Source of the DNA: Candidatus Saccharimonadales bacterium
GTDB lineage: Bacteria > Patescibacteriota > Saccharimonadia > Saccharimonadales > DASZAF01
Assembly: GCA_035480055.1 (NCBI GenBank)
Contig: DATIIB010000008.1
Span: 704-64,703, forward strand
Reading direction: 5' to 3'
DNA length: 64,000 nt
The notes under the pieces were generated by a model that was given only the letters and a program-made list of their open reading frames with translations, was not told where the DNA came from and made no database searches. Position numbers and translations under genes: made by a program. Shown here piece after piece: positions 34,046-42,815 of the stretch. Position 1 is the stretch's first letter. Every line of letters starts with the position of its first letter.

Positions 34046-34617
34046 AGTTTCTGTACCTGCGCCTGTAAATCGTTAATGACATCCTGGTTATTGCCTGGAT
34101 TATCGGGGTGTTGCTGAATATACTTTGTTAGCCGGTCGATCTCTTTGTTGTAGTATTCCTTGGCCTTGGCTTTGTTGCCCTGCGCCAGATAGGTATCGCC
34201 AATGGCCCGCGTAAAATCAAAGCTATCTTGCAACTTATTGCGCTCCACCGATGATTGCGCTAAGAAAAAATTCTGCAATGCTTGGTCATACTGTTTTAAC
34301 GAAGAATAGTTTTGGGCAAGCTGACTATAATAGACGACCTGGCTCATGGGATCGCTCGGCACAGATTGGCTCTTGAGTTTTTGCACGCGCCGATAATCAC
34401 CGTTCTCCTCGTCTACTTGGACTTTCGGCTTGTGGTGATACCCATAGTAATACCACACCCCACCGATTACACCTGCGGCCAGCAATAAATTGCCTACCAC
34501 AATCATAATAAGGGTTCGGCGCGAATACCCTTCAACCACGCCACGGATGCCCAAAAATACCTGACGGGTACGCGTGGGGCTCTTGTCAGTAGTAGGCTGA
34601 GGAACTTTTTTGGTCAT
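34042..34617 (-). CDS. single-pass membrane protein with helical-repeat (TPR-like) ectodomain, partner of paralog 2
   Basis: TM LIMIVVGNLLLAAGVIGGVWYYY; YYSQLAQNYSSLKQYDQALQNF...IGDTYLAQGNKAKAKEYY; ATGA overlap; start set to MTKKVP (ATG 34617, track TTG 34629). Confidence 0.55.
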   Translation of the reverse strand: MTKKVPQPTTDKSPTRTRQVFLGIRGVVEGYSRRTLIMIVVGNLLLAAGVIGGVWYYYGYHHKPKVQVDEENGDYRRVQKLKSQSVPSDPMSQVVYYSQLAQNYSSLKQYDQALQNFFLAQSSVERNKLQDSFDFTRAIGDTYLAQGNKAKAKEYYNKEIDRLTKYIQQHPDNPGNNQDVINDLQAQVQKL

Positions 34618-34689
34618 GATAGCAAACAATAAAAACGCTTACGGTTTGCCTTTACTATAGTCGAATCAGATTAAATTGGGAAGATGCGG

Positions 34690-36471
34690 TTAGACTTCGC
34701 TGAGCAAGCCATCACTCTGATGTTGCCAGAGTCGATAGTAATGCCCTTTTTGCTCAAGCAGTTCTTTATGCGTGCCTTGCTCAACAATGCGCCCCTCGTC
34801 CATAACCACAATACGGTCCATATGGCGAAGCGTTGAAAGACGATGGGCGATTGCGATAACTGTTTTGTCGTGCCACAAATTTTCCAGCGCCTTTTGCACC
34901 AGCACTTCTGACTCACTATCAAGCGCACTCGTGGCCTCATCAAGAATAAGCACCGGCTTGTTGTCCAGAAACGCCCGAGCAATAGCGATTCGTTGACGCT
35001 GACCCATCGAGAGCTTAATCCCTCGCTCCCCTACTAATGTATCGTAGCCTTCGGAAGTTAGGGTAATAAACTCATGTGCGTGAGCTTGCTTGGCTGCCTT
35101 TTCGATCTCTACTACATCCACTGCCTGGTGCGCACCGTACGCGATATTGTTACCAATAGAGCGGTGGAACAAAGTGGTATCTTGGGGAACATACGAAATT
35201 ATTGAGGTAAGGTGACGATTATCGATTAGTTGGCCATCGAGCATTACACTCTCAGACGAAACTGGATAATACCCAAGCAACAGTTTGATGAGCGTCGTCT
35301 TGCCGCTGCCACTTCTCCCCACTACGCCGACTTTTTCGTTCTTCTTGATAACGAGGTTGATCCCTCGTAGCACCGCAGTGTCTTTCTTGTCCGGATAGGC
35401 GAAGACGAGATTTTGCAGCGCAAGGCTTTTCGCAAAAGTTACCTTTTCTACTGCTTTTGCAGATTGCTGATGCTTCATAAAAGCGGTCACAACATTCCGC
35501 GTACCGAACAGATAGCGGTAAGCTTCTTCAATCCGCGCTAACTTCAAGGTAAAGGTTGAAGCGGTCCAGATCGTTCCCCAAATGTAATCAGAGAAAATAA
35601 CGACAGCTGAAGTAAATGTGGTGATCTCCGCCAAGCTCATTCTGCTGTGCAAAAAGAGCCAGGTGTTCAGAAGGATTGTTGCTGGCCAGATAATATATCG
35701 GACAAAAAGGCTTAAGGCACCCCAAAAGACTACAGCCCAAATCATGGCATGTCCTGCCGCAGCAATCACCTCTTGACGGCGTTGCTCGACCGCCACCTGT
35801 TCGTCTGCCTCCTTTTTGAACGCTTTAACGCTCACGAAATTGGAGATTACATCGATCACATACCCATCCATAGTTGCGCTCACATCTGTCGACTTTTGCT
35901 CGGCTTGCGCCATGTAACGAATAGTCAACCGACCAACGAGCAGCATCAATAGCAACGAGCTAACAAATACCAAACCTGTATAGGCATTGACCGTAAACAT
36001 AATGGCTGCGATGGTAGGTAATTTTACAAACTGATCTACATAGTTATAGAAAACGGATTCGACAAACATTCTATACTCGCGGCCCAAGGTAGCAACATAG
36101 CTACTAAGCTTGCCGGTAAATTTACCCACAAAGTATGGGTATGGTTTGGTGATGACGCTCTGAAAGATAATATTTTCAAAGATGAAACTTCGCGGCAGCA
36201 AGAATTTAAGGTACAGCACTTCTGAGGTTCGCCACACCATATCATGACCCACGCTACAAAAGATCAAAAGACCAACCCACCGATAGACATCGCGACTATT
36301 CACTGGTGAATGCGCAAGCGCGGCCACAAAATGTCCAATAAAAATCGGAATCACCGCTAACAGTCCATCGGCCACCAAGAAAAATCCCAGCACAAATAAA
36401 AACCGCCACTTGTACGTTGCGATATAGCTAAAATAGGCGCGAATCGAGTAATACTTTCTCTTACCTGTCAT
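34690..36471 (-). CDS. ABC exporter, fused permease/ATPase (MsbA/MdlB type)
   Basis: Six-TM N-terminal domain; GRSGSGKTT, LSMGQRQRIAIARA, ILILDEATSALD. Confidence 0.9.
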   Translation of the reverse strand: MTGKRKYYSIRAYFSYIATYKWRFLFVLGFFLVADGLLAVIPIFIGHFVAALAHSPVNSRDVYRWVGLLIFCSVGHDMVWRTSEVLYLKFLLPRSFIFENIIFQSVITKPYPYFVGKFTGKLSSYVATLGREYRMFVESVFYNYVDQFVKLPTIAAIMFTVNAYTGLVFVSSLLLMLLVGRLTIRYMAQAEQKSTDVSATMDGYVIDVISNFVSVKAFKKEADEQVAVEQRRQEVIAAAGHAMIWAVVFWGALSLFVRYIIWPATILLNTWLFLHSRMSLAEITTFTSAVVIFSDYIWGTIWTASTFTLKLARIEEAYRYLFGTRNVVTAFMKHQQSAKAVEKVTFAKSLALQNLVFAYPDKKDTAVLRGINLVIKKNEKVGVVGRSGSGKTTLIKLLLGYYPVSSESVMLDGQLIDNRHLTSIISYVPQDTTLFHRSIGNNIAYGAHQAVDVVEIEKAAKQAHAHEFITLTSEGYDTLVGERGIKLSMGQRQRIAIARAFLDNKPVLILDEATSALDSESEVLVQKALENLWHDKTVIAIAHRLSTLRHMDRIVVMDEGRIVEQGTHKELLEQKGHYYRLWQHQSDGLLSEV

Positions 36472-36549
36472 GGCCGCCCATTATAGCGCTTACGACAACA
36501 GGGAGCAACCTCTGTTATGGATGTTCCCTGTCTCTTACGATTGATGGCT

Positions 36550-37635
36550 CTATTGCGGAACCATAATCGGCTCAGGTGGCGCGGCCGGCAGCTCTCTGAT
36601 CGATTCTGGGTTACACAGACTTTCATCTATACAGATGTGGCTGTTGCCGATGTCCAAGTACCCGCGGTGCGAATTTACATAATCGCGCGCCGGACCATGG
36701 AAGCCGATCGCAAAACTAGCAACGCCAGCCAGCGCAATTCCCCACACCACAGCCAGTGCGCCTTCGCTGATTGCGCTCCGTCTGGATTGACGGCGATTGC
36801 TGGCAATGCGGTGACAAATTCGAGAACAAATAAGGAGCGGCAGGCTGATCGCAAAGTAGATTGCAGTAATAAGCGCGCCTTCTTCCCAGGTAGAAATGGT
36901 CGCCAGTTGCTCGTACAAGTGCAGATTGCCGAACAGAAGCGTCCACATGGCAATAATCCAGGCGGCGGTAACAATCCCAAACAGTACCGCGGCCACAATG
37001 TGCAATATTTCAAACACCACACGACCCACCTTCAGCGCCGCAGCTGCAACTCGGCTGATAGCTTCTGGATTTGGCGCATGCAGTGCCGCACGGTCAATAA
37101 TCTCTTGAGCGGTCACCGGTTTGCCATAGGCCTCGGCGAGATCTTCTTTGGTCTTGGCATACGGCAACACCAAGGCGAGGACAATGTAGACCACAATCCA
37201 CGCGCCACCGGTTAGGCCGGCGAGGGCAATGAAGATAATTCGCACAATCATAGGATCTGCGCCAAAGTACGCGGCAACGCCGTTACAAACGCCCACCAGC
37301 ACTGCCCCCTTGGGAATGACAAACAGGCGTTTTGGTTGTTGCGCGCTTGGGCGAGCAGCTTCCTCTTTAGGTTCTGCCTCGTCAGATTCTACAGGGCCCA
37401 TTTGCTTCAGGATTTTCGCAACTTCTTCGGTGATGATGACATTCTTCGCTTCAGTCAAAACCCGCTCGCATTTTTCTGCGATGGCCTGCTCGAGGTCACT
37501 CACAATCTCTTTCTTATCAGGATTGTCGCTGAGTGTTGCTTCAGCGTGCTTAAGGTAGTCGTGCAGTTCGCGGTAGGCCTGATCTTCCAGCTGGTATGCG
37601 CGGCCGTTTAGGTTGACTTGAGTAATCTTGTTCAT
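36550..37635 (-). CDS. PspC domain-containing membrane protein
   Basis: GAVLVGVCNGVAAYFGADPMIVRIIFIALAGLTGGAWIVVYIVLALVLP; ATGA-coupled to padR. Confidence 0.75.
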   Translation of the reverse strand: MNKITQVNLNGRAYQLEDQAYRELHDYLKHAEATLSDNPDKKEIVSDLEQAIAEKCERVLTEAKNVIITEEVAKILKQMGPVESDEAEPKEEAARPSAQQPKRLFVIPKGAVLVGVCNGVAAYFGADPMIVRIIFIALAGLTGGAWIVVYIVLALVLPYAKTKEDLAEAYGKPVTAQEIIDRAALHAPNPEAISRVAAAALKVGRVVFEILHIVAAVLFGIVTAAWIIAMWTLLFGNLHLYEQLATISTWEEGALITAIYFAISLPLLICSRICHRIASNRRQSRRSAISEGALAVVWGIALAGVASFAIGFHGPARDYVNSHRGYLDIGNSHICIDESLCNPESIRELPAAPPEPIMVPQ

Positions 37636-37964
37636 GACTTCTTCTCCCCTATGGTTTGGAGCGTGGTGGTTAAATCGTTCCAGTACTTTTGCAGTTCGCG
37701 TAGACGATCGGCGCCGGTTTTGGTCAAGCTATAGTACTTGCGCGGCGGGCCTACTTCGCTCTCTACCCAGCTGTAGTGCAGCAAGCCGTCGCGTTTTAAG
37801 CGGCTAAGCAAGGGGTACAGCGTTCCTTCACCAGTGGTAAAATCGGTCTGATTGAGAGTGGCCAAAATGTCAGCCGCATATACTTGCCTAGCTTGCACAA
37901 TTTTGAGCACCACAAATTCGAGTAAACCTTTGCGAAGTGGGCCAAATTTATCGTCTAAACTCAT
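37632..37964 (-). CDS. PadR family transcriptional regulator
   Basis: LLEFVVLKIV...GEGTLYPLLSRLKRDGLLHYSWVESEVGPPRKYYSLTKTG. Confidence 0.85.
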   Translation of the reverse strand: MSLDDKFGPLRKGLLEFVVLKIVQARQVYAADILATLNQTDFTTGEGTLYPLLSRLKRDGLLHYSWVESEVGPPRKYYSLTKTGADRLRELQKYWNDLTTTLQTIGEKKS

Positions 37965-37965
37965 T

Positions 37966-38001
37966 TTTTATAGTACCTTTCTATAACAAGGTACTATAAA
38001 A
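37966..38001. promoter_or_regulatory. perfect 14-bp inverted repeat, candidate PadR operator overlapping the divergent padR / ychF promoter region
   Basis: TTTTATAGTACCTT (37966-37979), 8 nt spacer, AAGGTACTATAAAA (37988-38001); starts 2 nt upstream of the padR start codon. Confidence 0.5.
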
Positions 38002-38075
38002 CAAAATCAGTGTCAAGTTATGGCCACTCAGCGAGCGCATTGCATAAAGCATCTACCTCTGTTAGTATGAGCGTT

Positions 38076-39152
38076 ATGAGTTCTTTGCAAATCGGTATCG
38101 TTGGCCTCCCCAATGTGGGCAAGTCTACCCTCTTCAACGCCCTTACCAATAACAATATCTTGGCCGCCAACTACCCGTTCGCGACCATTGAACCAAACAC
38201 CGGCATCGTCCCTATCCCCGATGAACGGCTAACCAAACTGGCCGAAATGTACCAGAGCAAAAAAGTTATACCCGCAACGGTCACCTTTGTGGATATTGCT
38301 GGCTTGGTGCGTGGCGCCAGCAAAGGCGAAGGTCTGGGCAATCAATTCCTGGCGCACATTCGGGAATGCGACGCGATCGTCCAGGTGGTTCGCGCCTTTG
38401 AAGACAACGACATTGTGCACGTCCACGAGCGCGTTAATCCTGAGGAAGACATTGCCATCATCAACACCGAGCTGATGCTGGCCGATATTCAAACCGTTGA
38501 AAAACGTCTCCCCGCCCTGCAAAAGCAAGCCAAAGCCGATCCTAAAGTTCGGCCGCTGATCGAAGAATACACGCAAGCACTCACCCACCTTAACGAGGGT
38601 CGTTTGCTGAGCACCACCACCCTCGACCTTACCAAATTGCGCGATCTGCACCTACTGAGCGCCAAGCCATTTATTTATGTGTTCAACCTGCGCGAAGATG
38701 AGCTTGAAGATACCACTAAGCAACAAAAGCTTGCGCAGCTGGTCGCCCCTGCCAAGGCGTTATTCGTCAGCGCCAAGCTGGAGCATGAGCTGCAATCGTT
38801 GGAGCCAGCCGATGCCGCAGAGCTGCTGCAAACCTATGGACAGACTGAATCTGGCCTGTTGCAGTTGATTCACGCCGCCTACGACACGCTTGGATTACAG
38901 AGCTACCTAACCGCTGGCGAAAAGGAGGTCCGTGCCTGGACAATCCGCAAAGGTGCCACTGCGCCGCAAGCAGCCGGCGTGATTCATGGCGATTTTGAGC
39001 GCGGCTTTATCGCAGCCCAAATCGTTGACTATCACGACCTGATCACCGCCGGTTCAGAAGCAGCTGCCAGAGCCGCTGGCAAGGTGCGGACCGAAGGCAA
39101 AGAATATGTGATGCAGCCGGATGATGTGGTGGAGTTTCGATTTAATATCTAG
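38076..39152 (+). CDS. ychF: ribosome-binding ATPase YchF
   Basis: GIVGLPNVGKSTLFNAL, TGS-like C-terminus; start set to MSSLQIG (38076; 38067 also possible). Confidence 0.9.
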   Translation: MSSLQIGIVGLPNVGKSTLFNALTNNNILAANYPFATIEPNTGIVPIPDERLTKLAEMYQSKKVIPATVTFVDIAGLVRGASKGEGLGNQFLAHIRECDAIVQVVRAFEDNDIVHVHERVNPEEDIAIINTELMLADIQTVEKRLPALQKQAKADPKVRPLIEEYTQALTHLNEGRLLSTTTLDLTKLRDLHLLSAKPFIYVFNLREDELEDTTKQQKLAQLVAPAKALFVSAKLEHELQSLEPADAAELLQTYGQTESGLLQLIHAAYDTLGLQSYLTAGEKEVRAWTIRKGATAPQAAGVIHGDFERGFIAAQIVDYHDLITAGSEAAARAAGKVRTEGKEYVMQPDDVVEFRFNI

Positions 39153-39735
39153 CTGGCGTTGCGGCCTCAATGTAGCCAGCTAAGCCATTCATCTCTTCAG
39201 TTGTAATCGATTGATAATTGAAGCCATGCGCTACCTCAGCCTCGTCGGCCTCGGCTCTATCTACATACGATTTTGACCAATTCGCTTCTCCTACGGACAG
39301 GTAGCCGTGATCATCCTCGCGACGAACAGTCGGGTTTTTCTCAGTATAGTGAATAGTATATCGAGTCATCCCCTTGTTATCAGGGTCATCCCAATCCCAA
39401 AAAATAATAATGGTTCGACCCATTACCGTCCCATCCTTGGCGTAATGAGTATCAATGTTCACCGTTCGGCCATCCGCCGCAATCATGTAAACATCTTCTG
39501 CATATTCATCGTCGTCAAAATGATCTTCGCTCCGGTCAATATGCACCCCCTCATCACGCGCACGATCAAATACGCGATCAACCGTTGTAGCGAAAGCGCT
39601 ATTAACATAGCCACGCTCTTCTTCGCTCAATTCAACAGTGCCGTTGAATTCTTCTTGCGAGAAGGGTAACTCTGGCCTTTGCAATACTCTTGCCGGAGGG
39701 GCTGGTGGTTGAAACTCAGGTGAATCCTTAGACAT
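39142..39735 (-). CDS. hypothetical acidic protein
   Basis: Start set to MSKDSPEF (39735, GAAGGGA upstream) to avoid overlap with tlyA; no recognised motif. Confidence 0.5.
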   Translation of the reverse strand: MSKDSPEFQPPAPPARVLQRPELPFSQEEFNGTVELSEEERGYVNSAFATTVDRVFDRARDEGVHIDRSEDHFDDDEYAEDVYMIAADGRTVNIDTHYAKDGTVMGRTIIIFWDWDDPDNKGMTRYTIHYTEKNPTVRREDDHGYLSVGEANWSKSYVDRAEADEAEVAHGFNYQSITTEEMNGLAGYIEAATPARY

Positions 39736-39766
39736 TTCTAAAATCCCTTCAATTACCAATATCTTA

Positions 39767-40510
39767 TCATGCCGCCGATCGCAGCAAATAAAATCGCTCC
39801 CGATTCCCCTTTTCCCCAGCAATATCGCTATCAGCTTTATCAACCATCACAAATTGCTGGCGAGCCCAGGTTTCAAAATCTTTAAGGATGGTGCGGCGCA
39901 TGGTGTCGTTTTTGATCACCCCTTTGTGCTTGGCATCTCCGCCGATTTCGAACTGAGGTTTGACCATCGCGACAATTTGCGTCCGAGGCGTCACCAAGCT
40001 GGCAATATGCGGCAGCACTTCTCGAAGACTGATAAAACTGACATCGATAACTACCACATCCACCTCTGTGGATAACTTGTGGATATCTCGAATATCGGTC
40101 TGCTCGTGCAGCTCAATACGTGGGTCGGTCCGGAGTGTCGGATGCAACTGATTTGTGCCCACATCAACTGCGATCGATTTTGCTGCTCCGCTATGCAGCG
40201 CAAAATCCGTAAAACCGCCGGTGGACGAACCGACATCCAAGATGACCTTACCTTTGAACGAAAGGTGCAATTTTTCGGCAACCGAAGCCAATTTGAGCGC
40301 CGCACGCGACACATACTGCGCGCCAGCGACCGCGAGCTTGGCAGAGGGAGCGACAAAATGCCCCGGCTTGGTGACCACTCGCCCATCAACGCTCACGCGT
40401 CCAAGCCGAATATAACTCTCGGCTTGCGAACGAGAAATCACCAAACCCTGCTCGACCAGCAAATGGTCAAGTCGTTTTTTAGGCGTGCGGTTTTCCAAGA
40501 TCAATCTCAC
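39767..40510 (-). CDS. tlyA: TlyA family rRNA 2'-O-methyltransferase (S4 + FtsJ domains)
   Basis: KKRLDHLLVEQGLVISRSQAESYIRLGRVSVDG; DVGSSTGGFTD SAM motif. Confidence 0.85.
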   Translation of the reverse strand: MRLILENRTPKKRLDHLLVEQGLVISRSQAESYIRLGRVSVDGRVVTKPGHFVAPSAKLAVAGAQYVSRAALKLASVAEKLHLSFKGKVILDVGSSTGGFTDFALHSGAAKSIAVDVGTNQLHPTLRTDPRIELHEQTDIRDIHKLSTEVDVVVIDVSFISLREVLPHIASLVTPRTQIVAMVKPQFEIGGDAKHKGVIKNDTMRRTILKDFETWARQQFVMVDKADSDIAGEKGNRERFYLLRSAA

Positions 40511-40985
40511 CCTCTACTTCTTTGGTTGAACCGCCGGGATGGATAGCGCCCAGGTGTACAATCTGCAAGTCGTTACAGGCAACAATGTCGCCCTCGCGAA
40601 GCGGCTCATAGCCGTGCAGGGTAACGTGAGCTCGGAAATTCGGACCGATATGCTCAGGGGCAATAATCTTAATATCAGGGTGGGCATCAAACGCACGAAG
40701 CACCCGTTGGTGAATTTCTTCAAATTGATTTGGCGCAAGCACGACACGCACCGGCACTTCGCTTTGATAGCCAAAGTGTGCAGTTTCGCCCATGGTAGCG
40801 GTAAAGGGCTCAATTCCTTGCAAGGTGTCAGCCAACAGTTGCTGTAAGTCATGCGTAGTCAGATCTGTCCGAAACCAAGGAAATACCGTGACATGAAGCG
40901 GCCAATGGCGGAATGCTTCGCCAGGAGCCAGGGGCTGCAACAAACTGGATAGTACGCGGTCACCCGGTTGTGGCGCGGCAGACAT
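40479..40985 (-). CDS. 2H phosphoesterase superfamily protein (LigT-like)
   Basis: Two HxT motifs: PLHVTVFPW and RAHVTLHGY. Confidence 0.6.
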   Translation of the reverse strand: MSAAPQPGDRVLSSLLQPLAPGEAFRHWPLHVTVFPWFRTDLTTHDLQQLLADTLQGIEPFTATMGETAHFGYQSEVPVRVVLAPNQFEEIHQRVLRAFDAHPDIKIIAPEHIGPNFRAHVTLHGYEPLREGDIVACNDLQIVHLGAIHPGGSTKEVEGEIDLGKPHA

Positions 40986-40990
40986 CTAAC

Positions 40991-41557
40991 CTAGGCCTTT
41001 ACACGTTCCCGATAAGCACCAGTGGCGGTATCAACGCTCACCAGGTCACCGTCGTTAATAAAGATCGGTACTTTCACTTGCAGGCCGGTCTCCAAAGTGG
41101 CATCTTTTTGAATGTTGGTCGTGGTATCACCTTTGACCGCTGGTTCGGTGTACGTCACCTTCAGGTTTACGTTCTTGGGCAGTTCAACATTGATGACATT
41201 GCCGCTAAACATCTGCAAATTAACATCCGCACCTTCTAGCAAGTAGTTTTTGCCATCTTCAACAACATCGGCCGGCACTTCAAACTGCTCAAAGCTGGTC
41301 TGATCCATAAAGAAGAAGGTCGCGCCATCGTTGTAGAGGTACTGCACGGTGCGATTTTCAACATCAGCAGCATCAACTTTGTCGGCGCCTTTAAAAGTGC
41401 GGTCCAGGACGCGACCGTCCAATAAACTCTTGAGTTTGACGTTCACAATTGAGCCGCCACGACCCATTTGTTTTTGGGCGTAGTCGGTAATTTTGTAAGG
41501 AATGCCTTCGACCGTAATCAAAGTCCCTTTTTTAAGGTCAGTTACTCCTAAAGCCAC
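40991..41557 (-). CDS. efp: elongation factor P
   Basis: Full-length EF-P pattern (DLKKGTLITVEGIPYKI..., three OB/KOW-like domains). Confidence 0.95.
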   Translation of the reverse strand: MALGVTDLKKGTLITVEGIPYKITDYAQKQMGRGGSIVNVKLKSLLDGRVLDRTFKGADKVDAADVENRTVQYLYNDGATFFFMDQTSFEQFEVPADVVEDGKNYLLEGADVNLQMFSGNVINVELPKNVNLKVTYTEPAVKGDTTTNIQKDATLETGLQVKVPIFINDGDLVSVDTATGAYRERVKA

Positions 41558-41568
41558 TGCGCGCCTCC

Positions 41569-41766
41569 TTAATTAACCACAAATGGTAACAATGCGAGGT
41601 GCCGTGCGCGTTTGATCGCAACGGAAAGCTGGCGCTGCTGCTTGGCAGTCAGTCCAGTTTTGCCAGCCGGTTCAATTTGGCCGTAGGCATTTACAAAACG
41701 CTGCAACGTCTTGTAATCTTTGTAATCAAAGTACAAATTCTTGTCTTGCTTGCGTGGTTTTGGCAT
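41569..41766 (-). CDS. rpsR: 30S ribosomal protein S18
   Basis: [50 protein letters not shown]. Confidence 0.9.
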   Translation of the reverse strand: MPKPRKQDKNLYFDYKDYKTLQRFVNAYGQIEPAGKTGLTAKQQRQLSVAIKRARHLALLPFVVN

Positions 41767-41802
41767 GAGGTGTTCTCCTTAGTATCAAAATCCGGATTCT
41801 GG

Positions 41803-42276
41803 TTAGAATGGGATCTCACTTAAATCAATCTTTTCGTCAACGTCTTCGATAGCGACATCGTCGTTTTTCTTGGCGTTGCTTTGAGAAGAGTTGGAAGAGG
41901 AGCTTGAGCTGCGAGCATTACCGCCACCATCGCCACCTTGCCCACCAGCGCTATCCAGGAAAGTGACATCATTAGCCACGACCTCGACTTTGTTGCGCTT
42001 CTGGCCATCTTGTTCCCAAGCGCGGTAGCTCAGACGGCCTTGGATAAGACAGCGGCGACCTTTGCTTAGGTATTGGTTGACCAGTTCGCCTAGTTTGCCC
42101 CAGGCGGTGATGTCAAAGTAATCAACCGCATCCTGCTGAGAGCCATCGCTCCCCTGCCAGCTGCGATTCACCGCAATCCCGAAACTACAGACACTCTGGC
42201 CACTTGGCGTGGTGCGCAGTTCTGGATCGCGCGTGAGGTTACCCATTAAGATTACTTGGTTAATGCTCTTGCTCAT
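41803..42276 (-). CDS. ssb: single-stranded DNA-binding protein
   Basis: OB fold NQVILMGNLTRDPELRTTPSG, Gly/Ser-rich linker, acidic tip DLSEIPF. Confidence 0.9.
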   Translation of the reverse strand: MSKSINQVILMGNLTRDPELRTTPSGQSVCSFGIAVNRSWQGSDGSQQDAVDYFDITAWGKLGELVNQYLSKGRRCLIQGRLSYRAWEQDGQKRNKVEVVANDVTFLDSAGGQGGDGGGNARSSSSSSNSSQSNAKKNDDVAIEDVDEKIDLSEIPF

Positions 42277-42303
42277 GCTACCCCCTACTCCCTCTCTCTT
42301 ATC

Positions 42304-42687
42304 TTATTCTTTTTCTTCTGCGGTTGTGCTGCCTTCAGCACCTTCAGCGTTCTCAGCTGCATGTGCCGCGCGTTCAGCGGCTGCGGCAGCGGCTTTGGCT
42401 TCACGAGGATCGACGTTGGCGATCAAGAAGCGCAATACTTCATCGGTAATGTTCAAGGTGTCGTTGATCTTTTTTACCCCTGCTGCTGGAACTTCCAGGT
42501 CGTAGTAGACGTAGATCGCAAACTCTTGCTTTTTAATTGGGTAAGCTAATTTGCGCTTGCCCCAGTTGTCTTGTTTGGTGATTTTACCACCGTTTTCGGT
42601 GATAATGTGCTCAATTTTCTTGAGCGGCTTGTCCAGATCAATCTCCAGATCTGGGTGCACGAGTACGGTTAACTCGTATTCCTTCAT
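42304..42687 (-). CDS. rpsF: 30S ribosomal protein S6 (with Ala/Glu-rich C-terminal tail)
   Basis: MKEYELTVLVHPDLE...WGKRKLAYPIKK. Confidence 0.9.
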   Translation of the reverse strand: MKEYELTVLVHPDLEIDLDKPLKKIEHIITENGGKITKQDNWGKRKLAYPIKKQEFAIYVYYDLEVPAAGVKKINDTLNITDEVLRFLIANVDPREAKAAAAAAERAAHAAENAEGAEGSTTAEEKE

Positions 42688-42768
42688 AAGTCTCCTTCCA
42701 TCGGAAACCCGCTTTGATGCGGATTATGTCACCGTTCGTGACATTGAAGTTAGTTTGTAACAGAGATA

Positions 42769-42797
42769 ATTGTACTATATTTTGGTCGGTAGGTCAA
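42769..42797 (-). promoter_or_regulatory. sigma70-like promoter of the rpsF-ssb-rpsR operon
   Basis: Reverse strand TTGACC (42797-42792), 17 nt spacer, TACAAT (42774-42769); leaves a leader of about 80 nt. Confidence 0.5.
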
Positions 42798-42815
42798 AGG
42801 CGGAACGAGAGAATC

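Noticed and set aside
34671-34982. 103-aa minus-strand ORF
   Set aside because: It is an alternative frame inside the 3' end of the ABC exporter gene, whose Walker B/H-loop region occupies the same DNA.
36517-37215. 232-aa plus-strand ORF
   Set aside because: It is antisense to the PspC-domain gene, has a low-complexity Arg/Asn-rich translation, and has no start context.
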